The notes beneath the pieces are model-generated. The model did not search any database. It was given only the letters and a program-made list of their open reading frames with translations, and was not told where the DNA came from. Below, piece by piece: positions 12,560 through 21,272 of a DNA stretch of 32,000 nt. Position numbers and translations under genes: made by a program. The stretch lies in the NCBI GenBank assembly GCA_942493105.1, contig OW818668.1, forward strand, positions 150,001-182,000, given 5' to 3'. Origin of the DNA: an uncultured Erysipelotrichaceae bacterium. Its GTDB lineage: Bacteria; Bacillota_I; Bacilli_A; Erysipelotrichales; Erysipelotrichaceae. The first letter of the stretch is position 1. Every line of letters starts with the position of its first letter.

Positions 12560-12675
12560 ACCTCCTGTTGTGTGAGGCGTAAGGATGTAAACTCCCTACG
12601 CTGGTTTTAACCAGATCAGGTGATAAGGGTCTGTCTCTAAACATCTCAGCCTTTTAGGCTCCCCTGTTCACGAGT
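12560..12675 (-). promoter_or_regulatory. TPP (THI-box) riboswitch with a probable SD-sequestering expression platform
   Basis: The minus strand reads GUGAACAGGGGAGCCUAAAAGGCUGAGAUGUUUAGAGACAGACCCUUAUCACCUGAUCUGGUUAAAACCAGCGUAGGGAGUUUAC. It has the hallmarks GGGGAGC, CUGAGA and ACCUGAUCUGG..ACCAGCGUAGGGA, with P1 GUGAAC/GUUUAC (12587-12671). Downstream, GCCUC could pair with the GAGGU of the SD. Confidence 0.88.
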
Positions 12676-12707
12676 TCAGTTTATCATAAGTGTGATAAAA
12701 TATACAC

Positions 12708-13175
12708 ATGAACACACTGATCCCAACCCAAGACCTAGATTTATTATTGAAACAAGCAGAAGCTTTACTTGAAGGCGAAAAAGATAAGATTGCCAATATG
12801 GCTAATCTGAGTGCTTTGGTTTATCATTCCATTCCTGATCTCAATTGGGTCGGCTTTTATATATATAAGGATAGAGAATTGGTTTTAGGACCCTTCCAAG
12901 GCCTTCCAGCTTGTGTTCGTCTACAACTCAACAAAGGTGTCTGTGGAACTTCTGCAGCGCTTAGAAAGACGCTAAACGTTCCTGACGTACATGTTTTTGA
13001 AGGACATGTGGCTTGTGACAGCGCATCCAATTCAGAATGTGTCGTACCGATTTATTTCGATGATGATCTCTATGGTGTCTTCGATGTCGATTCACCTCTG
13101 TTTAATAGATTCGATAAAGACCTTCAACAATTTCTAGAAGACATTGGTTCACTGTTTATCAAAACCCATGAATAG
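12708..13175 (+). CDS. GAF domain protein, free methionine-(R)-sulfoxide reductase-like (MsrC/YtsP/YebR family)
   Basis: 155 aa. WVGFY...LVLGPFQG.PAC..L...GVCGT...VPDV..F.GHIACD..S.SE.V.PI is the fRMsr signature. An extended -10 TGaTAAAAT (12693-12701) ends 6 nt before the ATG and no SD is present. Confidence 0.75.
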   Translation: MNTLIPTQDLDLLLKQAEALLEGEKDKIANMANLSALVYHSIPDLNWVGFYIYKDRELVLGPFQGLPACVRLQLNKGVCGTSAALRKTLNVPDVHVFEGHVACDSASNSECVVPIYFDDDLYGVFDVDSPLFNRFDKDLQQFLEDIGSLFIKTHE

Positions 13176-13180
13176 AATAA

Positions 13181-13207
13181 ACCGGATGACTGATCATCCG
13201 GTTTTTT
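13181..13207. terminator. bidirectional rho-independent terminator
   Basis: ACCGGATGA-CTGA-TCATCCGGT followed by TTTTT on the plus strand and by TTTATT on the minus strand. It lies between convergent genes. Confidence 0.85.
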
Positions 13208-13212
13208 ATGTA

Positions 13213-13755
13213 CTATTGATTTAAGATCAACTTTATGGCTTGGTCAACTTGTTCAAGGGTCAAGCGATCAAGTTTGTTTTGGGCAAAAGCTTTGTTGTTT
13301 GGAAATATGACTTTACCGTTTTGAATGGTGGCAGCTCCTTGATAGCCTCCCATCAACAGATAATGACCTTCATCTGTCTTTTCCAGAAATAAAAGATACG
13401 TTTTTCCTTTACTGAGCATCAGCACATCTTCAATTGGATAAGTTTCAAAGTCTCCTTTTTGGCCACCCGTTTGAAGAACAGATAAGCTTGTTGCATCTAC
13501 TGAAGTCCCAATTCTTTGAATGATTTCAAGATTAGAAATGGTAAAGACCATATCTACTCTAAGTTCCGTTGATTGTGTAATTACTTTTGCAATCACAATT
13601 TCATCGGATGCTTTTATCATTTCTTCTACGGTATTATAGTGGGTCGTCCAAGAAGCTTGAGTATATTGTTTGGGCTTAACTGAGCATGCGGAAAGTGGCA
13701 TCACGACGATGAAGAATAATAACAATAAAGACATTAAACTTCTTATTGTTTTCAT
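13213..13755 (-). CDS. hypothetical lipoprotein
   Basis: Start placed at the ATG at 13755 (MKTIRSLMSLLLLFFIVVMPLSAC), giving a signal peptide with the lipobox LSAC. GGGGGA lies upstream. I recognise no family. Confidence 0.6.
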   Translation of the reverse strand: MKTIRSLMSLLLLFFIVVMPLSACSVKPKQYTQASWTTHYNTVEEMIKASDEIVIAKVITQSTELRVDMVFTISNLEIIQRIGTSVDATSLSVLQTGGQKGDFETYPIEDVLMLSKGKTYLLFLEKTDEGHYLLMGGYQGAATIQNGKVIFPNNKAFAQNKLDRLTLEQVDQAIKLILNQ

Positions 13756-13845
13756 ATGGATCCCCCGAGATATTAACACCAATATACCTCTTCATAAATG
13801 CTTAAAACAACCCAAACAGATTTGTGAACTACGATAAAAATCAGA

Positions 13846-14778
13846 CTATTTGAGCTGACTTTCACACTGTTGAACGATACCTTCAGCAACCTCATGCGTT
13901 CTTAAACTGACTTCAAACGGAAAATCAAAAGGCGTATCGTTGATGACGGATGTGATGAAGTGATTGATCATAGCTTCAAAACCGCGTTTATTTAAAGTAG
14001 GTTGCCATGTGGAATGGGTCTTGACGATCAGTTGGTCATCTTGAAAGGTCTCTATGCTTTCCATTTGATGGACGATTTTCTTTTCATTGTGACGCATGAC
14101 TTCTAGCACTTCTTCAACGACCCCATTGTCATAATTCATGATGCCAATCGCATGTGAGTGTTCACTCAGATAATCGACAACGACCATGGTTTGTTTACCA
14201 TTCTTATATGTGCTTTTTGCATTGAATGAAACCAAAGGCTCACCCAATAAATATAAGCACGTATCGACAACGTGAATGAAATCATCAAAAACCATTCTGC
14301 GAACCTGATCCCCTTGATGATGCATCCTGTTTTTTTGATGAATGATCAAGTCAGGAATACCTTGACTTGCGATCTCTTTGACGAAAGGGATATATCTGCG
14401 ATTGAAACCAACCATGACTCTTGTCTTGTGTTGTACAGAAAGGTCATATAATGCTTTGGTTTCAGAGTATGTTAAAGTCACAGGTTTATCGATATGTAAC
14501 GGTATTCTGGCTTCGATGATGACCTTGGCTTGTTCAAAGTGGGCAGATGTTGCGGAACATAAGAAAATCATGTCTGGTTTTTCTGAGATCAATTCTTGAA
14601 GATCGGTCATCCCTGATCTTAAATGATACTTGGCCATGACTTCTTTTAAAGTATCTACATTTCTTGTGCAAGGGATAATTTCTACACCCGTCAGATTACA
14701 CAAGATGGGCAAATAAGCTTTCTTAGCGATGTCACCAACCCCAACGATTCCAACTCTTATCATTTTTGATTCACTCAT
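13846..14778 (-). CDS. Gfo/Idh/MocA family NAD(P)-dependent oxidoreductase
   Basis: It has an N-terminal Rossmann motif (IRVGIVGVGDIAKKAYLPIL). The start at 14778 (MSESK) has SD GAGGAGG 6 nt upstream and overlaps the stop of the upstream gene. Confidence 0.75.
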   Translation of the reverse strand: MSESKMIRVGIVGVGDIAKKAYLPILCNLTGVEIIPCTRNVDTLKEVMAKYHLRSGMTDLQELISEKPDMIFLCSATSAHFEQAKVIIEARIPLHIDKPVTLTYSETKALYDLSVQHKTRVMVGFNRRYIPFVKEIASQGIPDLIIHQKNRMHHQGDQVRRMVFDDFIHVVDTCLYLLGEPLVSFNAKSTYKNGKQTMVVVDYLSEHSHAIGIMNYDNGVVEEVLEVMRHNEKKIVHQMESIETFQDDQLIVKTHSTWQPTLNKRGFEAMINHFITSVINDTPFDFPFEVSLRTHEVAEGIVQQCESQLK

Positions 14779-15262
14779 GATGTGCCTCCTCAAGCATGGT
14801 TATTTTACAGACATCGACCCATTGTTGAGCCTTTGAAAACTGTTCTAATTCTAAGAGATCTAATTCTATGGCAGAATTTGAACTGCCGACTGCTGGAAAG
14901 ACTGTCTTAAATCTTTTTAGGGATGTATCCAATGTGACAACACATCCAACTTTGATCCCAAAGGGACAAACCCCACCAACACCATGTCCCACTAGATCCA
15001 ATGTTTCCTGAGGATCAAGCATTCGTGCTTTGAGTCCAAATTGAGTTTTAAATTTCTGATTGTCGATTTTTGCATCGCCCGCTGTGACAACCAATAAAGC
15101 AGTATCTTTGTATCTAAAGGCCAAGGTTTTCGCAATGTGTTGTGGTTTTACCCCTAGTGCTATAGCAGCCAATTCAACGGTTGCACTGGAGACCTCAAAG
15201 GTCAATATCCTTGATTGAGCATTGAATTCACTCAAATGTTCGTGTGCTGCTTCGATGGCCAT
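14771..15262 (-). CDS. YbaK/ProX-type aminoacyl-tRNA deacylase domain protein
   Basis: Start at 15262 (MAIEAAHEHL) with SD AGAGGAA. KTL.F......LVV..GD.K.D..K and GGV.PFG are typical of the YbaK/EbsC fold. Confidence 0.7.
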   Translation of the reverse strand: MAIEAAHEHLSEFNAQSRILTFEVSSATVELAAIALGVKPQHIAKTLAFRYKDTALLVVTAGDAKIDNQKFKTQFGLKARMLDPQETLDLVGHGVGGVCPFGIKVGCVVTLDTSLKRFKTVFPAVGSSNSAIELDLLELEQFSKAQQWVDVCKITMLEEAHHE

Positions 15263-15301
15263 AGATTTCCTCTTATATTTCCATATTATTATAACACTCA
15301 T

Positions 15302-15331
15302 GAAAAGAGCTTGTGCTCAGCACAAGCTCTA
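15302..15331 (-). terminator. rho-independent terminator after hsp20
   Basis: An 11-bp perfect stem AGAGCTTGTGC/GCACAAGCTCT with a 3-nt loop, followed by TTTTC on the minus strand. It overlaps the stop codon. Confidence 0.8.
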
Positions 15332-15733
15332 TTTCACTTCTATTTTTTTAACTTCTTGCTGCTGGAGTTCCAGCATAGGTAGTTTGACCTTAAGGATCCC
15401 TTCTTCATAAGCAGCTTCAATGGCTTTGGAATCGATGTTTTCGATGCGGAGTTGGCGGCTGTAGCTTTCGAATGATCTTGAACGCATGACATAATGACGA
15501 TTATCTTCTTGTCGTTCTTCTTTGTGTTGAGCCTTGATGGTCAAGACGTCTCCATTGAAATCTAGGTTGATGTCTTCTTTAGCGAAACCTGGCAACTCAA
15601 CTTCGACGACCATCGCATTTCCTTCTTTGTAGATGTCTAGACGTTCGTGCATTCTTTTGGGCCAAAACAGATCATCATCGAAAAAAGCTTCCAAACTGAA
15701 GGGATCGGGTCGACGCACTAAACTGTTACGCAT
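15329..15733 (-). CDS. Hsp20/alpha-crystallin family small heat-shock protein
   Basis: Start at 15733 (MRNSLVRR) with SD AGGAGG. The alpha-crystallin core (VVEVELPGFAKEDINLDF.GDVLTIKA...G.L.V.LP) is present. Confidence 0.85.
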   Translation of the reverse strand: MRNSLVRRPDPFSLEAFFDDDLFWPKRMHERLDIYKEGNAMVVEVELPGFAKEDINLDFNGDVLTIKAQHKEERQEDNRHYVMRSRSFESYSRQLRIENIDSKAIEAAYEEGILKVKLPMLELQQQEVKKIEVK

Positions 15734-15840
15734 AAGTGTCCTCCTGAAGACTTTTTTTAGTCTTTCCCTACCCAAAATATAGCAAAATTTCTCTAAATTT
15801 CAAGAGGCTTGCACAACATTTTTACACAAATTTTGACAAT

Positions 15841-15870
15841 AAAAAAGTCGCATTTTTTGCGACTTTTTTA
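15841..15870 (-). terminator. rho-independent terminator after the ferritin gene
   Basis: AGTCGCA-TTTTT-TGCGACT with flanking A-runs and T-runs. Confidence 0.75.
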
Positions 15871-15875
15871 GTTAA

Positions 15876-16358
15876 TTAAGCTCTGTTTCCTAAGCGATCA
15901 TCCATCATCATGATGCCGATTGGTGTCGGGACTTTTTCAAGACGTGTGATGATATCAACGAGTTGTGCTTCTTCTTCAACTTGTTCATTGACGAAGTATA
16001 AATATAGGCTCGCTAAGGCATGATCCTTTGCTTCTACCGCTGCTTCATAGATTTTAGCAATACGGGCTGATACTTTCTTTTCGTGTTCCAAAGACAATTT
16101 AAAGACGTCTAGGAAGCTTGGGAATTCAGTTGCCCCTGCTGCGATTGGACGCATCAATACACGTACATTCACTTCTTGTAGGAAATGAGTCATTTTCATC
16201 GCATGGCCAACTTCTTCATTGGCTTGCTTTTCCATCCATTTGCCACTGCCAGGAAAGCCATTTTCCACAAACCAAGTGGCCATGGATAAGTATAGATAAG
16301 CGGATTCTAGTTCAAAATTAATCTGATCGGTTACGAGTTCAACAAGTTCTTTTTTCAT
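15876..16358 (-). CDS. ferritin (non-heme, Ftn-like)
   Basis: 160 aa. The ferroxidase-centre pattern is present (E..SAY.Y...A......G......Q..EE..HA). SD AAGGAG lies upstream. Confidence 0.85.
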   Translation of the reverse strand: MKKELVELVTDQINFELESAYLYLSMATWFVENGFPGSGKWMEKQANEEVGHAMKMTHFLQEVNVRVLMRPIAAGATEFPSFLDVFKLSLEHEKKVSARIAKIYEAAVEAKDHALASLYLYFVNEQVEEEAQLVDIITRLEKVPTPIGIMMMDDRLGNRA

Positions 16359-16412
16359 TTTAATTACTCCTTTGTTGGCTCTATTATATCATTTTTAATA
16401 AAATCAAGTCTT

Positions 16413-17075
16413 CTATTGACCAGGATTCTTTTTAAGTGATTGGCGATATAAGGTCATATTCTTATGGTCCTGTTTAAGCAGTTTGATCATTTCTTCGATT
16501 CGTTTTTGACGTGTTTTTGAGTTTTCAGTAGAGAAGATATAAACTGCCCAGTCTTTGCGATAACCAGGGGTCAAACTCTTATAAAACTTCAAAGCTTCCA
16601 ATTCATCTTTAAGCAGATCTTCAATGTCGGGGATATGATGAACATAATCCGAACCTACTTGAGAAACTCTAGATTTTGGTTTGTAGTTGAGGTTCTTTTT
16701 GATTTCCAATAAAGTAAAGTTCTCATCAAACCCAAGCATTCGATTGAATCGATAAGGACTCCCATAAACAAAGCCTTCATCGTCCATTTTGACTTTAGGA
16801 AAGATCTCATCACGATGAACTGTGCTTTTATAAAGTCGACTTCCCTTTTTAGGATAACAAATCAAAAGTATGCCTTCATCATCAATTAGATCTTGTTGAA
16901 TCACATTTTCTAAGGTTTTAAAGAATTCATCGTTGGACTGAGTGAAAACCAATAAGGCTTCCTGTTTATTTTGTAGCGTTGGAATGTTGAATTGAGTGAG
17001 CTCAGATTTTAAATAATCCGGCATGTTTAAAATCGGCATGGCTGTAAGTTTAAACTTTTCTGCGATGTTGAGCAT
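16413..17075 (-). CDS. YdeI/OmpD-associated family protein (DUF1801-related)
   Basis: 220 aa. The C-terminal F..LTPGYRKDW..YI......TRQKRIEEMI..L resembles the YdeI/OmpD-associated domain. I did not recognise the N-terminal half. Confidence 0.5.
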   Translation of the reverse strand: MLNIAEKFKLTAMPILNMPDYLKSELTQFNIPTLQNKQEALLVFTQSNDEFFKTLENVIQQDLIDDEGILLICYPKKGSRLYKSTVHRDEIFPKVKMDDEGFVYGSPYRFNRMLGFDENFTLLEIKKNLNYKPKSRVSQVGSDYVHHIPDIEDLLKDELEALKFYKSLTPGYRKDWAVYIFSTENSKTRQKRIEEMIKLLKQDHKNMTLYRQSLKKNPGQ

Positions 17076-17182
17076 AAAGGCCTCCTTTCAGATATCTCCA
17101 TTTTAACTTACTTTTCATAAAGATTCCATATCAATAAACAAGGCGTTACCGTGATAGAATAAAATGGATAGTGAGCACTAGT

Positions 17183-17701
17183 ATGAACATTCATTTTAAG
17201 CCTTTAGTCATCCATGAATCCTTAGCACAACAAATGGCCTCTTGGTATAACGATCCAGAGATTGCCCCTTTTGTACACCCCACATTTACGGAAAGTGAAC
17301 CCCATCATTTTAGTACGCAGGATGTCTTGGATCAGCATCATCCAGATCCTAAGATCAAAAAATATCTGATTATGGATGATGATTATCCAATCGGTGAGTT
17401 TTCAATCACAGAAGATTTCCATTGGTTACTAGGTCCTAAGGATAAAACGACTTGGATCTCCATCTGTATCGGTGAAAAATCTTATTGGGGAAAAGGAATA
17501 TCTAAGATTACCATGGCTTATATTGAAGCAGAATGTAAAGCACTGGGATATAAACGCATCGAGTTGGGCGTCTTTGAGAACAACCAAAAAGCACATCAGC
17601 TTTATCTCAAAATGGGTTATGTCGAATTTGCGAGAACTGAACACATGACATATTCGCAAGGCGCTTGGCGAGCTGATATCAGAATGGAAAAAATTATATA
17701 A
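17183..17701 (+). CDS. GNAT family N-acetyltransferase
   Basis: Motif A is present (WGKGISKITMAYIE) and the C-terminal ...NQKAHQLYLKMGY is GNAT-like. I took the ATG at 17183 as the start, although the ORF track begins at a GTG at 17171. Neither has a strong SD. Confidence 0.75.
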   Translation: MNIHFKPLVIHESLAQQMASWYNDPEIAPFVHPTFTESEPHHFSTQDVLDQHHPDPKIKKYLIMDDDYPIGEFSITEDFHWLLGPKDKTTWISICIGEKSYWGKGISKITMAYIEAECKALGYKRIELGVFENNQKAHQLYLKMGYVEFARTEHMTYSQGAWRADIRMEKII

Positions 17702-17752
17702 AAAGTCCTATTATACTGTCCAAATTTAAGGGTCAGTACAATAGGACTTTTA
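17702..17752. terminator. bidirectional terminator between convergent genes
   Basis: A 15-bp stem (one mismatch) AGTCCTATTATACTG/CAGTACAATAGGACT, flanked by AAAA and TTTT. Confidence 0.7.
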
Positions 17753-17764
17753 TTATTTATTGAT

Positions 17765-18139
17765 TTATTTTCTCCAAAAGGTTTGAACATCTGCTTTATC
17801 AGCAATGTTGAATTCGATCATTTTTGCCAACAATTCATAATCGATTGCTTTCTTCCAAGGAAACTTCACCAGCATCATCGAGTGTTCATAGCCAGCAGCA
17901 TTGATGTCTTGCGAGAAATGGTTGATGCCTGCCAATTCTGGGGTACACGCCAAATGAAGTTTTGAGATACTAAACCCAATGATGAAAGTCCCATGATCCG
18001 TAAACATAGGCTGATTCCAAGCAATACGTTGATTGAGTTGCGGATATTTATTTGCGATCCAGTTTAGGACCTCTTGAGTTCTTTCGCGTTGAGAAGGATC
18101 GGCAATGTCATCTAGGAAGGGTTTAAAAGTTTCAATCAT
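17765..18139 (-). CDS. DUF1801 (YdhG-like) domain protein
   Basis: Start at 18139 (MIETFKPF) with SD AAGGAA. The pattern ...W..PMFT..G....F......H......P is typical of DUF1801. Confidence 0.6.
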   Translation of the reverse strand: MIETFKPFLDDIADPSQRERTQEVLNWIANKYPQLNQRIAWNQPMFTDHGTFIIGFSISKLHLACTPELAGINHFSQDINAAGYEHSMMLVKFPWKKAIDYELLAKMIEFNIADKADVQTFWRK

Positions 18140-18325
18140 AATATTTCCTTTCAAATGTTTAAAAATACATCTTCAATTTAACCTTTGAACACTTAAAATG
18201 CAAACATTAGCCCCTATAGTGTCTGTTGAAACCACCAATCAAATATGAATTAGAAACTTTTAGATCCATCACAAGGAGTTTGAATCAACGATTATGGTTA
18301 GGTGTATCTTATAAACAGACACGAA

Positions 18326-20854
18326 TTATGCTTTCTTGTGTTTCTTGTAGAAGATAACTTTGGCGATCTCGGTAGTTAATATATATAGTATGGCAACCGC
18401 TACTAAGGAGAAAAGAATAGCAGGTTCTACAGGTGCAATATTTAATATATTCTGAACAGGTAAATATGGGAGTATTAATGTAAACAAAGCTACTCCAAGC
18501 GATGAGTACAGAAGTACTGGGGCTGGTTTGCTTTTGAAAAAAGGTTTTTGAGTTCGCATGACCAACAGCACCATCAATTCCGTTAAAATTGATAAAATCA
18601 ACCAACTACTTTGAAAAGTTTCCTCTTGCGCATGGAATCCCAAGAGTAAAACAGCAAAGGTCAAATAATCAAATACAGAACTGATCAATCCAAAAACAAA
18701 CATAAAATTACGAATGGAACAGATATCCCATCGACGAGGCTGATTTAGCATCTCTTGGTCGACAGTATCTCCTGCCAAAGTCATCGCGGGAAAGTCAGTG
18801 ACGAAATTGATCAGTAAGATTTGTTTGGGCAAAAGCGGGAGGAACGGCATAAACAAAGAAGCTCCCGCCATACTAAACATGTTACCAAAATTGGCACTGG
18901 TCGTAATATTGATGTATTTAAGGGTATTCGCAAAAGTAATGCGACCTAATTCTATTCCGCGTCGCAAAACATCAAGATTTTTTTCAAGCAAAACGAAATC
19001 AGCGGCTTCTTTCGCGACATCAACTGCCGTATTGACAGAAATACTGACATCAGCTGCGTGCAGAGCTGGGGCATCATTGATGCCGTCACCCATGTATCCA
19101 ACCACATGGTTTTTCTTTTTTAAAGCTAAGATAATACGTTCTTTCTGATTGGGATCCACTTCAGTAAATAGGTTGGTATTTTCAACAGCATTCCATAGTG
19201 CTTCATCGCTCATTTTGATCAATTCTGAGCCTGTCAGTGTATTGGTAATTGGTAAACCAATGATGTTTGCAGTATGCAGCGCAACCAGTTTGTTATCTCC
19301 TGTGATAATGCGCAATTGAACGCCCAATTTTTTAAGGTCGCTGATCGTTTGAATGACATCTTGTTTGGGTGGGTCATAAAAAAGCAAGAAACCGCTAAAG
19401 ATCATGGCTTGTTCATCAGCGATTGGATATTGTGACTTGGGGGGAACGATTTTACGGGCAATTCCTAAAACGCGATAGCCTTTATTGCTCCAATCTTCGA
19501 AATTTGATTGAATGTTTTCTTTGAATTTCGTTTCCAAAGGCAAAACATCTGATCCGATTTGGATCTTATCGCAAATTTCCATGATGCGACTTAAGGCCCC
19601 TTTTGTGATCATGGTACACTCATTGGCATCGTTGATTATGATACTCAGACGTTTACGTGTAAAATCGTATGGGATTTCATCTTGTTTGGTTATTTTGTCG
19701 ATGTCTAACGTTTTATGCGTAACAATGGCTTGATCTAGAGCATTTATCAAACCTGTCTGTAAATAGGAATTCAGATAAGCCAATCTAAAAACAAAATCGG
19801 ATGAGTTTCCTTCTGCATCCTTAACATCATCAAGCAAGACAACCCCTTCTGTAAGGGTGCCTGTTTTATCGGTACACAAGACATCCATACTGCCAAAATT
19901 CTCAATCGCTGTCAAATGCCGAACAATTACCCCTTCTTTCGCCATGGTTTTGGAACCTTTTGAAAGGGTGACATTGATAATGGCAGGTAATAATTGTGGC
20001 GTGATCCCTACAGCCAACGCTACTGAAAAGAGTAAAGCATCGATGGCTGGTTTATGAGCTAAGACGTTGATGGCAAAAACTGCCAAAGTCAAAATCAACA
20101 TAATTTGAGTCAATAAGTAACCAAATCGACGAATACCACGTTCAAAATCATTTTCTGGTGGTCGCAAGGTCAGCTTCTGTGCGATTTTTCCGAATTCGGT
20201 ATGTGCCCCAGTATTCACGACCAGCATCTTGGCACTTCCGCTAAAGACATTGGTACCAGTCAAAACGCAATTATTCCGCTCAGAAAGGGTCGACATTTCT
20301 AAAACAGGGGTTGGGTTTTTTTCAACCGGAAACGACTCTCCGGTCAAAATAGATTGATTAACAAAAAAGTCATCGCATTGAAGGATCAGTCCATCCGCAG
20401 GAATCAAACTACCTGCAGAAAGCAAGACGATATCACCAGGAACAACGAAACGTGTGGGAATCTGTTTGGGTTTACCTTCACGCAACACGGTAGATTGAAG
20501 CTGTATTCTGGAACGCAATTCTTCAATGGCATGATTGGCACTGTATTCTTGAATAAAACTCAAGACAACACTGGCTAAAACAATCGCCATGATGATGAGT
20601 GAATCTGTCAAATCTCCCGTCAATCCAGAAATCAATGTCGCAACGATCAAAATGATCATGATTGGATTTTTGAATTGGTTCAGAAAAAGAAAAATAGGAG
20701 CTGAGTTTCCCCTTGATTTGATTGAATTTTCGCCAAATTGTTTAATCCGAAGCGCAGACTCTGCTTCAGTTAATCCATCACGATTGGCTTTCAGGCTTTT
20801 AAGCGCTATTTCAGAAGATAAGCTCCAGTATTTGAGTTCCGAATCGTTAAGCAT
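18326..20854 (-). CDS. mgtA: magnesium-translocating P-type ATPase (MgtA/MgtB type)
   Basis: 842 aa with TGES, DKTGTLT, ITGDN and GDGINDAPAL. The MgtA-specific C-terminal TM block is present (TSANFGNMFSMAGASLFMPFLPLLPKQILLINF..D). SD GGAGGTG lies upstream. Confidence 0.88.
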   Translation of the reverse strand: MLNDSELKYWSLSSEIALKSLKANRDGLTEAESALRIKQFGENSIKSRGNSAPIFLFLNQFKNPIMIILIVATLISGLTGDLTDSLIIMAIVLASVVLSFIQEYSANHAIEELRSRIQLQSTVLREGKPKQIPTRFVVPGDIVLLSAGSLIPADGLILQCDDFFVNQSILTGESFPVEKNPTPVLEMSTLSERNNCVLTGTNVFSGSAKMLVVNTGAHTEFGKIAQKLTLRPPENDFERGIRRFGYLLTQIMLILTLAVFAINVLAHKPAIDALLFSVALAVGITPQLLPAIINVTLSKGSKTMAKEGVIVRHLTAIENFGSMDVLCTDKTGTLTEGVVLLDDVKDAEGNSSDFVFRLAYLNSYLQTGLINALDQAIVTHKTLDIDKITKQDEIPYDFTRKRLSIIINDANECTMITKGALSRIMEICDKIQIGSDVLPLETKFKENIQSNFEDWSNKGYRVLGIARKIVPPKSQYPIADEQAMIFSGFLLFYDPPKQDVIQTISDLKKLGVQLRIITGDNKLVALHTANIIGLPITNTLTGSELIKMSDEALWNAVENTNLFTEVDPNQKERIILALKKKNHVVGYMGDGINDAPALHAADVSISVNTAVDVAKEAADFVLLEKNLDVLRRGIELGRITFANTLKYINITTSANFGNMFSMAGASLFMPFLPLLPKQILLINFVTDFPAMTLAGDTVDQEMLNQPRRWDICSIRNFMFVFGLISSVFDYLTFAVLLLGFHAQEETFQSSWLILSILTELMVLLVMRTQKPFFKSKPAPVLLYSSLGVALFTLILPYLPVQNILNIAPVEPAILFSLVAVAILYILTTEIAKVIFYKKHKKA

Positions 20855-21121
20855 TCGCTTTCACCTCCAAAAACAATAATCTTACTTAAAAACTTTGTGA
20901 GCATAGTCGATGCTTGACTTGAATCCCTTTAAATGAAAAGCAGGATTTTACTGTGGGATAGAACCGATAAATCATCCTTATGATTAGATCAGCAACCTAA
21001 TTTTTAATTCAACTTCAATATCAGTTAATCTTGGTCAAATATCAATTTAACATAAGCTATTCTATTGTCATATTAACACTTTATTCGATGTACATATGAA
21101 TAATTGATTGATATTCTAAAC

Positions 21122-21147
21122 ATAAGAAAAGCCCATTTTCAGGGCTT
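21122..21147 (-). terminator. terminator downstream of tRNA-Gly(CCC)
   Basis: The minus strand reads AAGCCC-TGAAAAT-GGGCTT followed by TTCTTATG. Confidence 0.7.
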
Positions 21148-21157
21148 AAATCGACTC

Positions 21158-21231
21158 TGGAGCAGGTGAGGGGAATCGAACCCCCGTATCGACCTTGGGA
21201 AGGTCGCGTTCTACCATTGAACTACACCTGC
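21158..21231 (-). tRNA. tRNA-Gly (anticodon CCC)
   Basis: The minus strand reads GCAGGTGTAGTTCAATGGTAGAACGCGACCTTCCCAAGGTCGATACGGGGGTTCGATTCCCCTCACCTGCTCCA. It folds as a cloverleaf with acceptor GCAGGTG/CACCTGC, anticodon stem CGACC/GGTCG, loop TTCCCAA, discriminator U and an encoded CCA. Confidence 0.9.
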
Positions 21232-21242
21232 ATTGCCTATTT

Positions 21243-21272
21243 ATTTTACCACAACAAACAAAAAAACCTCAA
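21243..21272 (-). promoter_or_regulatory. putative dedicated promoter of tRNA-Gly(CCC)
   Basis: On the minus strand: TTGAGG, 18-nt spacer, and an extended -10 TGgTAAAAT ending about 11 nt before the tRNA 5' end. Confidence 0.45.

Larger units (their letters stand above)
21122..21231 (-). repeat. direct repeat copy 1 (tRNA-Gly + terminator unit), paired with 22411-22514
   Basis: About 105-110 bp is near-identical to 22411-22514. The differences are 2 substitutions inside the tRNA, 1 indel in the tRNA-terminator spacer and a different terminator loop. Confidence 0.85.

Noticed and set aside
12552-12644. N-terminal 31-codon extension of the thiT ORF (MFRDRPLSPDLVKTSVGSLHPYASHNRRCIF)
   Set aside because: This stretch is the TPP riboswitch and its expression platform. 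The internal ATG at 12551 has a proper AGGAGG SD.
15741-15840. Heat-shock operators or an RNA thermometer upstream of hsp20 (CIRCE, CtsR box, SD-occluding hairpin)
   Set aside because: There is no CIRCE (TTAGCACTC-N9-GAGTGCTAA). TGTCAAAATTTGTGTAAA matches the CtsR direct repeat poorly in its second half. The AAGACT/AGTCTT hairpin in the 5' UTR does not cover the SD.
18309-18605. 98-aa minus-strand ORF overlapping the 3' end of mgtA
   Set aside because: It is in an alternative frame of the well-supported mgtA gene and has no SD and no recognisable motif.
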